NCBI GenBank assembly: GCA_963668025.2
Contig: CAXXTH010000008.1
Span: forward strand, 32,001 to 96,000
Length of the DNA stretch: 64,000 nt
Direction: 5' to 3'
From: Candidatus Hydrogenedentota bacterium
GTDB taxonomy: Bacteria > Hydrogenedentota > Hydrogenedentia > Hydrogenedentales > SLHB01
Shown here: positions 29,591 to 39,158 of the stretch, one piece after another
How the letters are laid out: each line of letters begins with the position of its first letter
How positions within the stretch are numbered: the stretch's first letter is position 1
Made by a program: the position numbers and the translations under genes
Notes under the pieces: model-generated
Told to the model about the DNA's origin: nothing
Seen by the model: only the letters and a program-made list of their open reading frames with translations
Database searches by the model: none

Positions 29591-31335
29591 AACACAAAGA
29601 AGATGGCCTTATAAGCGCCGCCGAACTACGCAAGCGCGCGGAAGAGATAGCACGCGAAAAAGCCGCTCCCTCGCCAAAACACGCGGAGGCGCTGACTTCC
29701 GAAGAGAGCCAGCGAGTCCTCCACGATTTGCAGGTTCATCAAATCGAGCTGGAGATGCAAAACGAGGAACTGCGCCGGGCCCAGGTGGAACTGGAGGAGT
29801 CGCGTGCGCGATATTTCGACCTGTACGACTTGGCTCCGGTAGGCTACTGCACCATATCCACAAATGGACTCATCTTGGAGGCCAACCTCACCGCCGCGAC
29901 TTTGTTGGGCGTAAGCCGGGACGCGCTGGTCAACCACCCGATTCGCCGGTTCGTCTTGAAAGCGGATCAAGTCCGTTACGATCTTCACTGTAAACATATC
30001 GTTGAGAATGGAGAACCGCAAGCGTGTGAATTGCGCATGGCGAAAAATGACGGGACCGTGTTTTGGGTGCATATGAAGGCCAGCGCGGCGAAAGATGCCA
30101 ATGGCGGCTCCGTATGGCGTGTCGTGCTGACTGATATCACCGAGCGCAAAGTAACGGAGGGATCGCTTGAAAGAGTGCATGCCGAAGTGGAGAACGAACG
30201 GCTCCGATTAGAGACGGTGATGGATGTGTTGCCAACCGGCGTGGCGATTACCGATGCCCTTGGCGGCACTATCCAGACCAATACGGAGTTCGAGCGGATA
30301 TGGGCTGGCCCGCGCCCCTCGACTCGTTCTCTCGATGATTATGCCGTGTTTAAAGGGTGGTGGATCGGCACCAGCGAACCGGTAGCGCTTGAAGAATGGG
30401 CGTCCGCCCAAGCCATACGCGAGGGCAAGGCCGTCGTGGGGCAGATGCTGGAAATCCAGCGATTCGACGGCTCCCGGGCATTCGTGATAAACAGCGCTTC
30501 CCCCGTCCGGGATGCGGCCGGAAATGTGATCGGAAGCGCCATAGCCATTCAAGACATTACGAGCCTGCGGAAGGCCGAGTTGCGCATACAAGAATTGAAC
30601 GACGCACTTAAAAAACATGTGGCCACCGTGGATGCGATGAACAAAGAGCTGGAGTCATATAGCCATTCCGTATCGCATGATTTACGGACGCCCTTGCGGT
30701 TCGTGAACCGGATTGCGCATTTGCTACTATATGAGCCTGGCGCACACCTATCAAACGGTGCTGCCCAGCAAGTAAACATGATCCTCCAGGCCACGGGCGA
30801 AATGGCTAAACTGATTGAGAGTCTTCTGGTGTTCTCGCAGATGAGCCGGGAGCCCATGAAAAAGCGCCGGGTGGACCTAAAGCGGCTTTTCCAGGAAGCA
30901 GCAAACGAATTACATCACGCACAAGAAGATTGCTGTGTGGAGATTGTAATTGAAGACTTACCTCCATGCCAGGGAGATCGAACGCTCCTGAAGGAGGTCG
31001 TGGTGAACCTGTTGGGGAACGCCCTCAAGTTCACACAGCGGCGTGAACAGGCGCGGATCACGATCGGCTGTACGGAGGCTGCGGATGAAACCGCTTATTT
31101 TATCCAAGATAATGGCGTAGGCTTTGATATGAGTGATGCGGACTCCCTGTTCGTTCCGTTTCACAGGCTTCACAAACCGGCCGACTTTGAGGGATCAGGA
31201 ATTGGCCTGGCTCTCGTCAAGCGCATTATTGAACGGCACGGAGGCCGTGTATGGGCGCTTGGCGAAATCGACAAAGGGGCAACGTTCTTCTTTACGCTGG
31301 GTAAAGAGACGGCGGACAACGATGAATCAAATTAA
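29587..31335 (+). CDS. Cytoplasmic PAS-PAS sensor histidine kinase
   Basis: LQVHQIELEMQNEEL leader, two PAS domains, H-box SHDLRTPL, NLLGNALKF, DNGVGF, GSGIGL; ATGA overlap with upstream gene. Confidence 0.95.
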   Translation: MKHKEDGLISAAELRKRAEEIAREKAAPSPKHAEALTSEESQRVLHDLQVHQIELEMQNEELRRAQVELEESRARYFDLYDLAPVGYCTISTNGLILEANLTAATLLGVSRDALVNHPIRRFVLKADQVRYDLHCKHIVENGEPQACELRMAKNDGTVFWVHMKASAAKDANGGSVWRVVLTDITERKVTEGSLERVHAEVENERLRLETVMDVLPTGVAITDALGGTIQTNTEFERIWAGPRPSTRSLDDYAVFKGWWIGTSEPVALEEWASAQAIREGKAVVGQMLEIQRFDGSRAFVINSASPVRDAAGNVIGSAIAIQDITSLRKAELRIQELNDALKKHVATVDAMNKELESYSHSVSHDLRTPLRFVNRIAHLLLYEPGAHLSNGAAQQVNMILQATGEMAKLIESLLVFSQMSREPMKKRRVDLKRLFQEAANELHHAQEDCCVEIVIEDLPPCQGDRTLLKEVVVNLLGNALKFTQRREQARITIGCTEAADETAYFIQDNGVGFDMSDADSLFVPFHRLHKPADFEGSGIGLALVKRIIERHGGRVWALGEIDKGATFFFTLGKETADNDESN

Positions 31336-31348
31336 AGGGCGCTAAGGT

Positions 31349-32074
31349 TTGGCAACGGATACAAAAACTAAGATTCTGCTCGTGGATGACGACCGGAAGC
31401 TTCTGCGGGAGGTGCAGTCTCATTTGGAGAAGCTCGGTTATGAGGTGGCGACCGCGGAGGATGGACGCGCTGCGTTGAAGCTTGTCCAGTCAATGTCTCC
31501 GGACCTGGTGGTGCTCGACATCAATTTCCCCTATTCTAGGAAGGAGACAAGCCATCCTATTGATGGAGTGGAAGTGCTTCGAAGGATGCGGGAGTCGGGC
31601 AATATTCCCATCCTCATGCTAAGCACCACGAACAGCTCCGCGGTAAAAGTGATGGCGCTCAGTATCGGCGCGGACGACTATGTGTCCAAACCGTTTGAGC
31701 TTCAAGAACTCGGCGCACGAATTGAAGCGATTCTGCGGAGGACCGAACATGAGCTGCCGGGGGAACAGGCGCTGATTTTCCACCGTTTGCGATTGGACCC
31801 TGGGGAAAGGCGCGTCTGGAAAGATGAATCTACTATTGAACTAACCGGCATCGAGTTTGATATCCTATACACGCTTGCCCGGCGGCCCAAACACGTGTTT
31901 ACCCGCGAAAAAATCATTGAACTCGCATGGAAAGACTCCAACTACTGCGTTCCAAAAGCCGTCGATGTGCATATCGGGCATATTCGAAAAAAGATCGAGG
32001 ATGATCCCAGCGCGCCTGCCTTCATCGTGACGGTGCGTGGAACTGGCTACCGGTTTGAAGACGTTCCCGAGTAG
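31349..32074 (+). CDS. OmpR/PhoB-family response regulator
   Basis: LLVDDD, VLDI, GADDYVSKPF, wHTH LTGIEFDIL...VDVHIGHIRKKIE...TVRGTGYRF. Confidence 0.95.
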   Translation: MATDTKTKILLVDDDRKLLREVQSHLEKLGYEVATAEDGRAALKLVQSMSPDLVVLDINFPYSRKETSHPIDGVEVLRRMRESGNIPILMLSTTNSSAVKVMALSIGADDYVSKPFELQELGARIEAILRRTEHELPGEQALIFHRLRLDPGERRVWKDESTIELTGIEFDILYTLARRPKHVFTREKIIELAWKDSNYCVPKAVDVHIGHIRKKIEDDPSAPAFIVTVRGTGYRFEDVPE

Positions 32075-32088
32075 ATAGGTGCTTGGCG

Positions 32089-34185
32089 TCAAATGTGAGA
32101 GAAAAAATGCACAGCGAATCGTGAGGCGAAAAAGATCTCACACGCCATTGTATAAGGAATTCGAAGTATATTGATGCCCAGGAGCTGTCCGGCCTTGATT
32201 CGCCGGATTGAGTCCTGGCGGAAGGCGTTGAATTGGCGGCGCTTGGCCACATAACGGATCGCGGTTTCTTCGTACCCAGCGATGACCGTCTTGCTCACGA
32301 ATTGCTCCGCATCGGTGACCTGCCTCCAACTCGGCGCTTGCATGTCGAAGGCCCTCAGGAAGCTTTCCACCTCCGTTTTTTTCTTCTGCAGCTTGCGCCG
32401 GATTAAAAAGCTTATATGGCTGCCTGTTCCACTCATCTGGTTAAACCGTTCCATCGTGCTGGACAGCATCGTTTTGATTTCCAGGGCGGCGTCGGAGTAG
32501 CGCTTCTGAAGGCCGTATTCCGCAATATGTCGCTGCGTATCAGTCCATTTCTGGCGCAATTCGGCAAGGGCGGCCCAGCGTGGATCATGAGGCTTGCGGG
32601 TGAGCATCCAAATTTCCTGGAACTCGAAAAAGAGGCCAAGGTATGTCCTCAGGCCAACGTATGAGTCCTGTATGCGGCGCCAAGCATATCGGGATACGTT
32701 TTCGCGCGGGAAGATTGGACGCCGGGAACGCCGCTCCTTGAGGCGGAAGACCCCAGTCGCCATTGGATGCATACCCGTCAATGTGCCGTAGCGGTACCAG
32801 ATCGAAAACCCCATGACTTCCCAATAATGCTGGGACTCCGTGCGTAATAGCGCGGCAATGATGTTCTCCTTGCTGTACAGGATATGCATGGCCTCGTCAT
32901 ATGCGGCGCGCCACGCTCCGTCTGGCATGAGCTTGTGCTGAAATGTCTCGTGAAGCCCGTCATAATTGTTATAGTCGCTTTCGATGGGGACGTTGTCCTG
33001 AATCATCTGCCAATGGTCGCGGGAGCCAGGAAGCGGAGTCAGCATGAACAAAGACGCTAGGTCTATTTTGAGTTGATTGCGCATATATTCAATGTCAGCG
33101 CGGACGGATTCTCGTGAATCGAATGGCATGCCGATGATGTACCCAGCATGAACCAATATGTTGTTGTGCCGCCAGGTTTCCACCATCTGCGGATACTCGT
33201 GTGTGTTATTTTGCTGTTTGCCCACCGCTTTCAAATTTTCGGGATTCACGCTTTCCATTCCAATGAACGCGAGGTAGCATCCAGCCAGAGCCGCTTTCTC
33301 CACAAAATTCGGGATACGGTATGCCTGGGTGTCCGTCTGCATCATGAACTGGATCATTATGCCCTTGCTTCTCAATGCGGCAAGCCCATCGAAGATCTCT
33401 TCCCACACGGGATTTCGTGAAAAATTGTCATCGGTGAAAAAGTACACGTGAATCCCGCGCGCCCAGTTCTCCTCAATAGCTTTTAGCACCAATGCAGCAG
33501 GCCGATGGCGCATCTTGCGCCCTTGCACATTGATGATCGTGCAAAACGAACAATTGAATGGGCACCCGCGGCTGGTATCCATTGTGGCCATGTGGCGCGT
33601 AAGAAACCGGTGCTGCATTTTTTTACTGGCGCACGGCACGGGCGCTTTCTCCAGGTCTGGCCACTCCGTGATAGCGTAGATAGGTTTCAGCGCGCCATGA
33701 AGAGCGTCACCCAGCAGCATCGCCATGACCCCTGGCGCTTCCACTTCACCTTTCACCAGCGCCACCCCGTGGTCCAAGAGACGCTGGAGTTCACACGAAG
33801 GTTTCTCGAACAGCGACAGCACGCCACTGACGTGGAACCCCCCGATCATGACCTGTACGCCTTGCTCCCGCAATTCCAGGGCAAGGTCGGAGGCGCGCAT
33901 GAATTGGTTGCTCTGCACCCCTACAAAGCCCACGACGGCCACCGCGCCGGGCCGTCGGTTGAGTTTCGCGATACGGTGAATGGGAATTCGCTGCACGGTG
34001 TCGTCGAACGCTTCTACGGTGACTTGAACATCCGGGCCCAGTTCACCCTGTTGCGCTACGCGTTCGGCCAGGCTTTCGAGACAGCCAAGGGTGTTCGACG
34101 GCAAGACGCCGCGTGCAAAGCGGACTACATAACCGTCGTCATCGTAGCGTGATGGGCGGATAAATATTACATGCAAGTGCTTCAT
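32089..34185 (-). CDS. Radical SAM protein (B12-binding-like N-terminus, long C-terminal extension)
   Basis: SRGCPFNCSFC, FFTDDNF, GMES, LTPLPGS; GGAGG RBS. Confidence 0.9.
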   Translation of the reverse strand: MKHLHVIFIRPSRYDDDGYVVRFARGVLPSNTLGCLESLAERVAQQGELGPDVQVTVEAFDDTVQRIPIHRIAKLNRRPGAVAVVGFVGVQSNQFMRASDLALELREQGVQVMIGGFHVSGVLSLFEKPSCELQRLLDHGVALVKGEVEAPGVMAMLLGDALHGALKPIYAITEWPDLEKAPVPCASKKMQHRFLTRHMATMDTSRGCPFNCSFCTIINVQGRKMRHRPAALVLKAIEENWARGIHVYFFTDDNFSRNPVWEEIFDGLAALRSKGIMIQFMMQTDTQAYRIPNFVEKAALAGCYLAFIGMESVNPENLKAVGKQQNNTHEYPQMVETWRHNNILVHAGYIIGMPFDSRESVRADIEYMRNQLKIDLASLFMLTPLPGSRDHWQMIQDNVPIESDYNNYDGLHETFQHKLMPDGAWRAAYDEAMHILYSKENIIAALLRTESQHYWEVMGFSIWYRYGTLTGMHPMATGVFRLKERRSRRPIFPRENVSRYAWRRIQDSYVGLRTYLGLFFEFQEIWMLTRKPHDPRWAALAELRQKWTDTQRHIAEYGLQKRYSDAALEIKTMLSSTMERFNQMSGTGSHISFLIRRKLQKKKTEVESFLRAFDMQAPSWRQVTDAEQFVSKTVIAGYEETAIRYVAKRRQFNAFRQDSIRRIKAGQLLGINILRIPYTMACEIFFASRFAVHFFSHI

Positions 34186-34272
34186 GGGTTTTCCTCCCAG
34201 AAACGCCTCTCCAGGCATCCGAAGCGCTGGTCCCTACTTGGCGCGGTCTCAGAACGCTCTGCTTTTCGCGCA

Positions 34273-34437
34273 TCAGAAGCCGCGAGGGAGACGCCCCAAC
34301 AGCATGAGCACCAACACGATTACAAGCACAAGCCCCAAAACGCCGCTGGGACCGTAGCCCCAGTTTCGGCTGTAGCCCCATCTGGGCAATCCGCCCACGA
34401 GCAACAGGACCACAATAATGAACAAGATCAAACCCAT
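34273..34437 (-). CDS. DUF3309 family small membrane protein
   Basis: LLVGGLPRWGYSRNWGYGPSG; RBS GAGGAG. Confidence 0.9.
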   Translation of the reverse strand: MGLILFIIVVLLLVGGLPRWGYSRNWGYGPSGVLGLVLVIVLVLMLLGRLPRGF

Positions 34438-34528
34438 GATAGGCTCCTCTCTTATGTTGACTCTGAACGCTTCCACTCACCGCCGTCTCTTGGCAATCAC
34501 ATGTGGCCGCGCTCTTTTCATCGATATG

Positions 34529-34582
34529 ATTTTGCCAGACTCACGTAATGTACGGGTAAAATGGAGGTAAAGCTTCAGTAAA
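34529..34582 (-). promoter_or_regulatory. 11-bp-period array promoter 2
   Basis: TTTACTGAAGC TTTACCTCCAT TTTACCCGTAC ATTACG, then CAAAAT. Confidence 0.75.
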
Positions 34583-34665
34583 TGGCTATGCATTCACAGG
34601 CATCAATTTGGCCGGCGAATCCGCCTCGTATCTGGCGTTTGCGAAGCCGCCCGTGAGAAGACTAG

Positions 34666-34699
34666 CGCCCCTGCGCGGCGGGGGGACCGCGCAGGGGCG
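34666..34699. terminator. Strong GC hairpin (terminator-like, poor U tract)
   Basis: 13-bp perfect stem CGCCCCTGCGCGG/CCGCGCAGGGGCG. Confidence 0.45.
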
Positions 34700-34977
34700 G
34701 TGGTCGTGGAACCTAAACGGGCGCTAAACTCTATTATCCCGTTCGGGATACGCCCTGTATGTAAACCGGCGCACTCTCGAAAAGCGGCGCCGCCGGAGTC
34801 CTCATTTTAACGGCTAAACTTATTTACCTGGCGCATGCTTAATGGATTATTCTTCGAAGCCATAAGCATGAGTTATGTCATCGGTTACGTTTATCGCGAC
34901 GCCAGATTGAATCAATGCATGGTCCTCTGATGTTGCGCCGAGCCGCCCATGCGTCCAATCGTTCTATCGCGTTTGTT

Positions 34978-35913
34978 TCAGCGCCGATGGCTTGGCTCGT
35001 TCTTTCTCTGATGATCCGGCTGCCTGGCGTTGTCAACCGAGGCCCGTGGCTCATATGCTTTGGCTGTGCCGTCAGCTTGTGCCGATTGAATCTTCTCCGG
35101 ATTCGAGCTCTTCTCAGCAATGACCGGTTGCGTGGCGCGAATCCATCGGCCAACTTGCGCATCGAGCTTGTCGCGGATCGGAAAACCAGAGGTGAACATT
35201 TCCCGCAGATAGCTTGAATCTGTCTCGCGCGAGCCCAGCGAGCGATAAAATGCCTCCCAACGATAAGCGTCTTCCATATCGGCCCTCGCGCCGCCGGGAA
35301 GCGGCGTATAGGTATGTGGGGCCGACGCCCGTTCCGCGCTGTTCATGGGTGCGCCCCAGCGCAGTTCCGGAGGATGGTTTGGATCAAACGATAAATCATA
35401 CAGCCGCTGCTCGATGTCGAGCAGCGTCAAACGGATCTTTTCGCCATTGGAATTCATATACTCCATGCCATGCCCGGCGAACAGACGGTTCTTCTCGGCG
35501 ACCAAGGCTTGGGCGAGGTCAGCCTGGCTCCGAATGCGGTACTTCTCTAGACCGGTCATATCAATCAATCCCGGTGCGACACCGAACATACGGACGGCGT
35601 ATTCGAGCCAGTCGGCGAGGTAGAAATACTTGTTTCGCCGGTCGACATCGGATGACGGTGAACTCCACGTTTCCCACCGGCCGAACGCTTGAAAAATGTT
35701 CTCGTTGGGGCGATCCTCGGGATAGACGATCGGGCCATTGGCGCGTACATCGTTCCAAGAGTCCTGAACGAACTGTGCGCGGAACTCATAGGCTTCTAGG
35801 AGTTCGTCCACATACTCTTCCATGAACGTGAGCGGTGCGATTGAATCCACGGTTTTCATGCGCAAACGGATGAAATCATGAAAGCTTTGCGGTTTCAACC
35901 CGCCCTCGGAGAT
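34978..35913 (-). pseudogene. 3' part of an uncharacterised gene lying downstream of the IS
   Basis: protein-like frame (ENIFQAFGRWETWSSPSSD...LSFDPNHPPELRWGA) is cut at the IS end; the frame continues only about 150 bp on the far side of the IS before a stop. Confidence 0.65.
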
Positions 35914-37735
35914 GAGGCATTTGCGAAATAGCGTGGTTTGCGAACGCGCGGACGGTGCGGGCACACGCGGAGCGGTTTTCGCCTGTGGCAATGGGATTAC
36001 GCCTCCGCTACGGGTGCAATAAATCATGCAGGAGGTTCGCGTGTAGGACCCTTGCGGCCCGAATGGGCATGGTTTGCCCTTGATTCGGGCCATCATTGCT
36101 TGTGCGGATTCGATGTGATCTATGCGGCGCGGGGCTGTCCGAGGAGCGAGCGCATGCGTTCTGCCTGGCCGGCTTCGAGCCATCCCAGGGCCATGCCGAG
36201 CATGACGAGGAGGGCTAATCCGGTGCGGGCGCGCATCTTTTTCATACCGCGGATGTAGTGGCGCTCGAATCCGTATGCGCCGTCGAGTCGGCTGTTGACT
36301 CGCTCGATGGCGGTGCGGTGTTTGTATTCGCGGCGCCAGGATTTGGCGCTGCGGGGCAGGGGGGTAAAGATGCGCCGGTCGATAGCGATGGGCACGCGGA
36401 CAATCCGTCCGTGTTCGGGCTGGCATCCTTGGTTGCAGAGGTCTTGCTGGGTACAGGCGCTCCCGCGTGCCTTGGCTGGGCAACGGTATTTCAAGGTTCC
36501 CCGATCTTGCTCGAATCCTTGGTAGGCCATGGAATCATAGTTGTCGCGTTCGTTTGGGGCGCCGTTACGACACCGGCAGAGGACTTCACCTCGTTCGGTA
36601 TGGAAGATCGTGTCTACCCGTTCGGGATATAAAGGGCGGGGCCGTTCCGGTTCTTCTTTCCAGGTCGCCCGGATGTCCACGATGGGCCGGATTTCATGTT
36701 CCTCGAAGAGGCCCTTGTTGTTGGCTTCGGAATCATAGCCCTTGTCGGCGCTGAGGTACTCGGCGCGTTGGACGAGTTCGGGGTGGCGCGCGTCGAGAGC
36801 CGCCACGAGGGGCAGCAGAAAGGGCGAGTCGTTGGCGCTGGCTTTCGTGACCGCGTAGCCCAGCGGCAATTCATATTTCGTGTCCACGATGAGGTGCAGC
36901 TTGTAGCCGAACCACCGTTTGACCTTCTCCCAGGGCGTGCCGTCCTTGTGAACGCCCTTGTAGGTTTTCGTGCCCCAGTCTGCGTCGCGGTCGCGCCGCC
37001 CGTCCGGCTCTTCGTTTTCCAGGACCGCGTCTTTGCGCGGAGGCTTGGCGTGGGTTTGGATGGCTTTCGAGTCTACGGCCAGACGCACCCCGAGATCCGG
37101 CAAGCGTTCCATCAGCCGGACGATGAGCGCGTCGAACATCCGGTCCACTTCTTTCCAGTGGCGCAGTAATCTGGCGAAGAACCGCGTGTACACCCATTCG
37201 GGCGGGACCGCCTTGGCGCCCCGCAACACGTCGAATCCGCACAACTGGCGCAATTGCCCGTTTCGGGCTAGTTCGCGGCGCAGGCTTTCGACGCCGTCGT
37301 GCTGGAAGACGATCCCCGCCAGTATGCTGTTCCACATCGCGCGGATAGGATAATCGTCGCGCCGCCCCTTGCGTTCGGCTTCCATCGCCCGCATCAAATC
37401 TTCATCCGGCAGCGCCGCCAGCAACAGGTTCAGCCGATCCAGATCCGACGCCGCGTCGACCTGGTTCCACGAGAACAACCCCATTTGGTGTATAATGGCC
37501 ATCGCAAACGTCTCCTTGGTGTGTGCGTGGTTATGTGGTCAACTATACTACAATCACACACGGGAGACGTTACGCCTTTTCCCGCTCGCCGAGGGCATTT
37601 GGGGTGATTTTTCACAAAAAATCCTTATTCATGCCCCCGCCAAGCCCCTTTCCCCGCATTCTCCGGGGTAGGCGCCAATTCCGCCGCTTTGTAAACCCTT
37701 GTCAATACGGATTTTCTTTATTTCGCAAATGCCTC
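35914..37735 (-). mobile_element. Complete IS element, 1822 bp (IS1182/IS5-like DDE)
   Basis: perfect 17-bp TIRs GAGGCATTTGCGAAATA/TATTTCGCAAATGCCTC; 6-bp TSD GGAGAT at 35908-35913 and 37736-37741. Confidence 0.95.
36120..37502 (-). CDS. DDE transposase
   Basis: AVDSK, FGYKLHLIVD, ADKGYDS, YKHRTAIERVNSRL. Confidence 0.93.
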   Translation of the reverse strand: MAIIHQMGLFSWNQVDAASDLDRLNLLLAALPDEDLMRAMEAERKGRRDDYPIRAMWNSILAGIVFQHDGVESLRRELARNGQLRQLCGFDVLRGAKAVPPEWVYTRFFARLLRHWKEVDRMFDALIVRLMERLPDLGVRLAVDSKAIQTHAKPPRKDAVLENEEPDGRRDRDADWGTKTYKGVHKDGTPWEKVKRWFGYKLHLIVDTKYELPLGYAVTKASANDSPFLLPLVAALDARHPELVQRAEYLSADKGYDSEANNKGLFEEHEIRPIVDIRATWKEEPERPRPLYPERVDTIFHTERGEVLCRCRNGAPNERDNYDSMAYQGFEQDRGTLKYRCPAKARGSACTQQDLCNQGCQPEHGRIVRVPIAIDRRIFTPLPRSAKSWRREYKHRTAIERVNSRLDGAYGFERHYIRGMKKMRARTGLALLVMLGMALGWLEAGQAERMRSLLGQPRAA

Positions 37736-37757
37736 GGAGATGAATTGCTTTTGGATG

Positions 37758-37812
37758 ATCTCACGAATGACATCGTAAAAGGCGGGCAAAAAGCGGGTAA
37801 GGTTTTGGCAAA
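37758..37812 (-). promoter_or_regulatory. 11-bp-period array promoter 3
   Basis: TTTGCCAAAAC CTTACCCGCTT TTTGCCCGCCT TTTACG, then TGAGAT. Confidence 0.65.
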
Positions 37813-37931
37813 GAATTTCGTAGCCGTTGAGGTGGAAAAAAGGATGAGCGATAGCCAGCGATACCCTATTATCGAGAAAATCATTCCGTCATGGCCGTTG
37901 ATGCTAGTGTTTTCCGGACAGTAATCCGGCC

Positions 37932-39077
37932 TTATTTTTTGGAAATCCCACCCCGATCCCTGCTCCCGAAAATACCTTGAAGATTCATCTTGAGCGCTTC
38001 CGGATTGTCTGAGGCCCATTCAGCGGCTTCTTGAGTAACAAATTTCTGCTTTACTAGACTTACAAGCGCCATATTGAAGGTTTGCATACCGTCCTCCGCG
38101 CCGTCCGCGATGACATTGGGAATGCGCTCGATCTCGTTATCGCGAATCAGCGAAACAATGCCAGGAGCGTTGAACATGATCTCGACGGCGGGAATGCGGC
38201 CTTTTCCGTCGGCGGAAGGGAGGAGCCGTTGTGAGACGATAGCGCGGAGTTGCAGTGCGAGCTGCGACCTGATCTGCGCGTTCTGGTCCGGCGAGAACAT
38301 GTCCAGAATGCGGCCAATCGTCATTGTGACATTCGTAGTGTGTAGTGTACTAAAAACAAGGTGGCCGGTTTCAGCCGCTCCGAGGCACGTCTGGCATGTT
38401 TCCGCGTCACGCATCTCGCCAATTAGGATCACATTGGGATCTTCACGCAAGATGGCTCTTAGGCCCGTCTTGAAATCCTTTGTATCGATCAAGACTTCGC
38501 GCTGGCTCACGCTGCATTTTTTATCCGTGTGTAAATACTCGACGGGATCTTCGAGCGTCACAATGTGGCTTTGGTGAGTCGCGTTGATGCGGTCAATGAG
38601 CGCGGCCAGCGTGGTCGATTTTCCACTGCTTGTCGTTCCTGTGACAAGCACTAAGCCACGGGAAAAAGACGCTATGCGTTCCATCGCTTTCTTAGGTAAA
38701 TTCAACGCCCCAAAGTCTCGAATATCGGACTTGATATAACGGAGAGCCATTGCGCTGGTTCCCCGTTGCCGGTAGCAGTTTATGCGAAATCGCCCCAGGT
38801 CCGAGATGCTTACCGCAAAGTCTGTATCACCTGTCTCATGAAAGCACTGCTTCTGCTGCGGAGTCATGATTTCGTCTAGAAATCGCATCATGTCATTTTC
38901 TGTTAGCTCGCGTATTTCCGTGAATCTCAACACTCCTTCAATGCGGATGGCGGGCGGCCTAGAGACTTTCAGGTGAATATCGGAATCCCCGTTATCCAGT
39001 GCATATGCGGCAATCCGGCGCAGGGAAAGCTCTTCAATGAGCTGTTCTTTCTTTTTGAAATGATTTGGCGTATCCAA
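37932..39077 (-). CDS. PilT/PilU-family type IV pilus retraction ATPase
   Basis: SDIHL, GTTSSGKSTT, TLEDPVE, LREDPNVILIGEMRD, ETGHLVFSTLHT, GMQTF. Confidence 0.93.
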   Translation of the reverse strand: MDTPNHFKKKEQLIEELSLRRIAAYALDNGDSDIHLKVSRPPAIRIEGVLRFTEIRELTENDMMRFLDEIMTPQQKQCFHETGDTDFAVSISDLGRFRINCYRQRGTSAMALRYIKSDIRDFGALNLPKKAMERIASFSRGLVLVTGTTSSGKSTTLAALIDRINATHQSHIVTLEDPVEYLHTDKKCSVSQREVLIDTKDFKTGLRAILREDPNVILIGEMRDAETCQTCLGAAETGHLVFSTLHTTNVTMTIGRILDMFSPDQNAQIRSQLALQLRAIVSQRLLPSADGKGRIPAVEIMFNAPGIVSLIRDNEIERIPNVIADGAEDGMQTFNMALVSLVKQKFVTQEAAEWASDNPEALKMNLQGIFGSRDRGGISKK

Positions 39078-39158
39078 GGGTGTTTTCCTTATTAATAGAA
39101 TGTCCTTTACCTTGCGTCTCGACTCCGGATGGGGCGGAACACCAAAGAGGGGGAGGGG

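Noticed and set aside
34978-36483. 501-aa ORF as an intact gene
   Set aside because: Its first ~190 codons lie inside the IS; it is a chimera across the IS end
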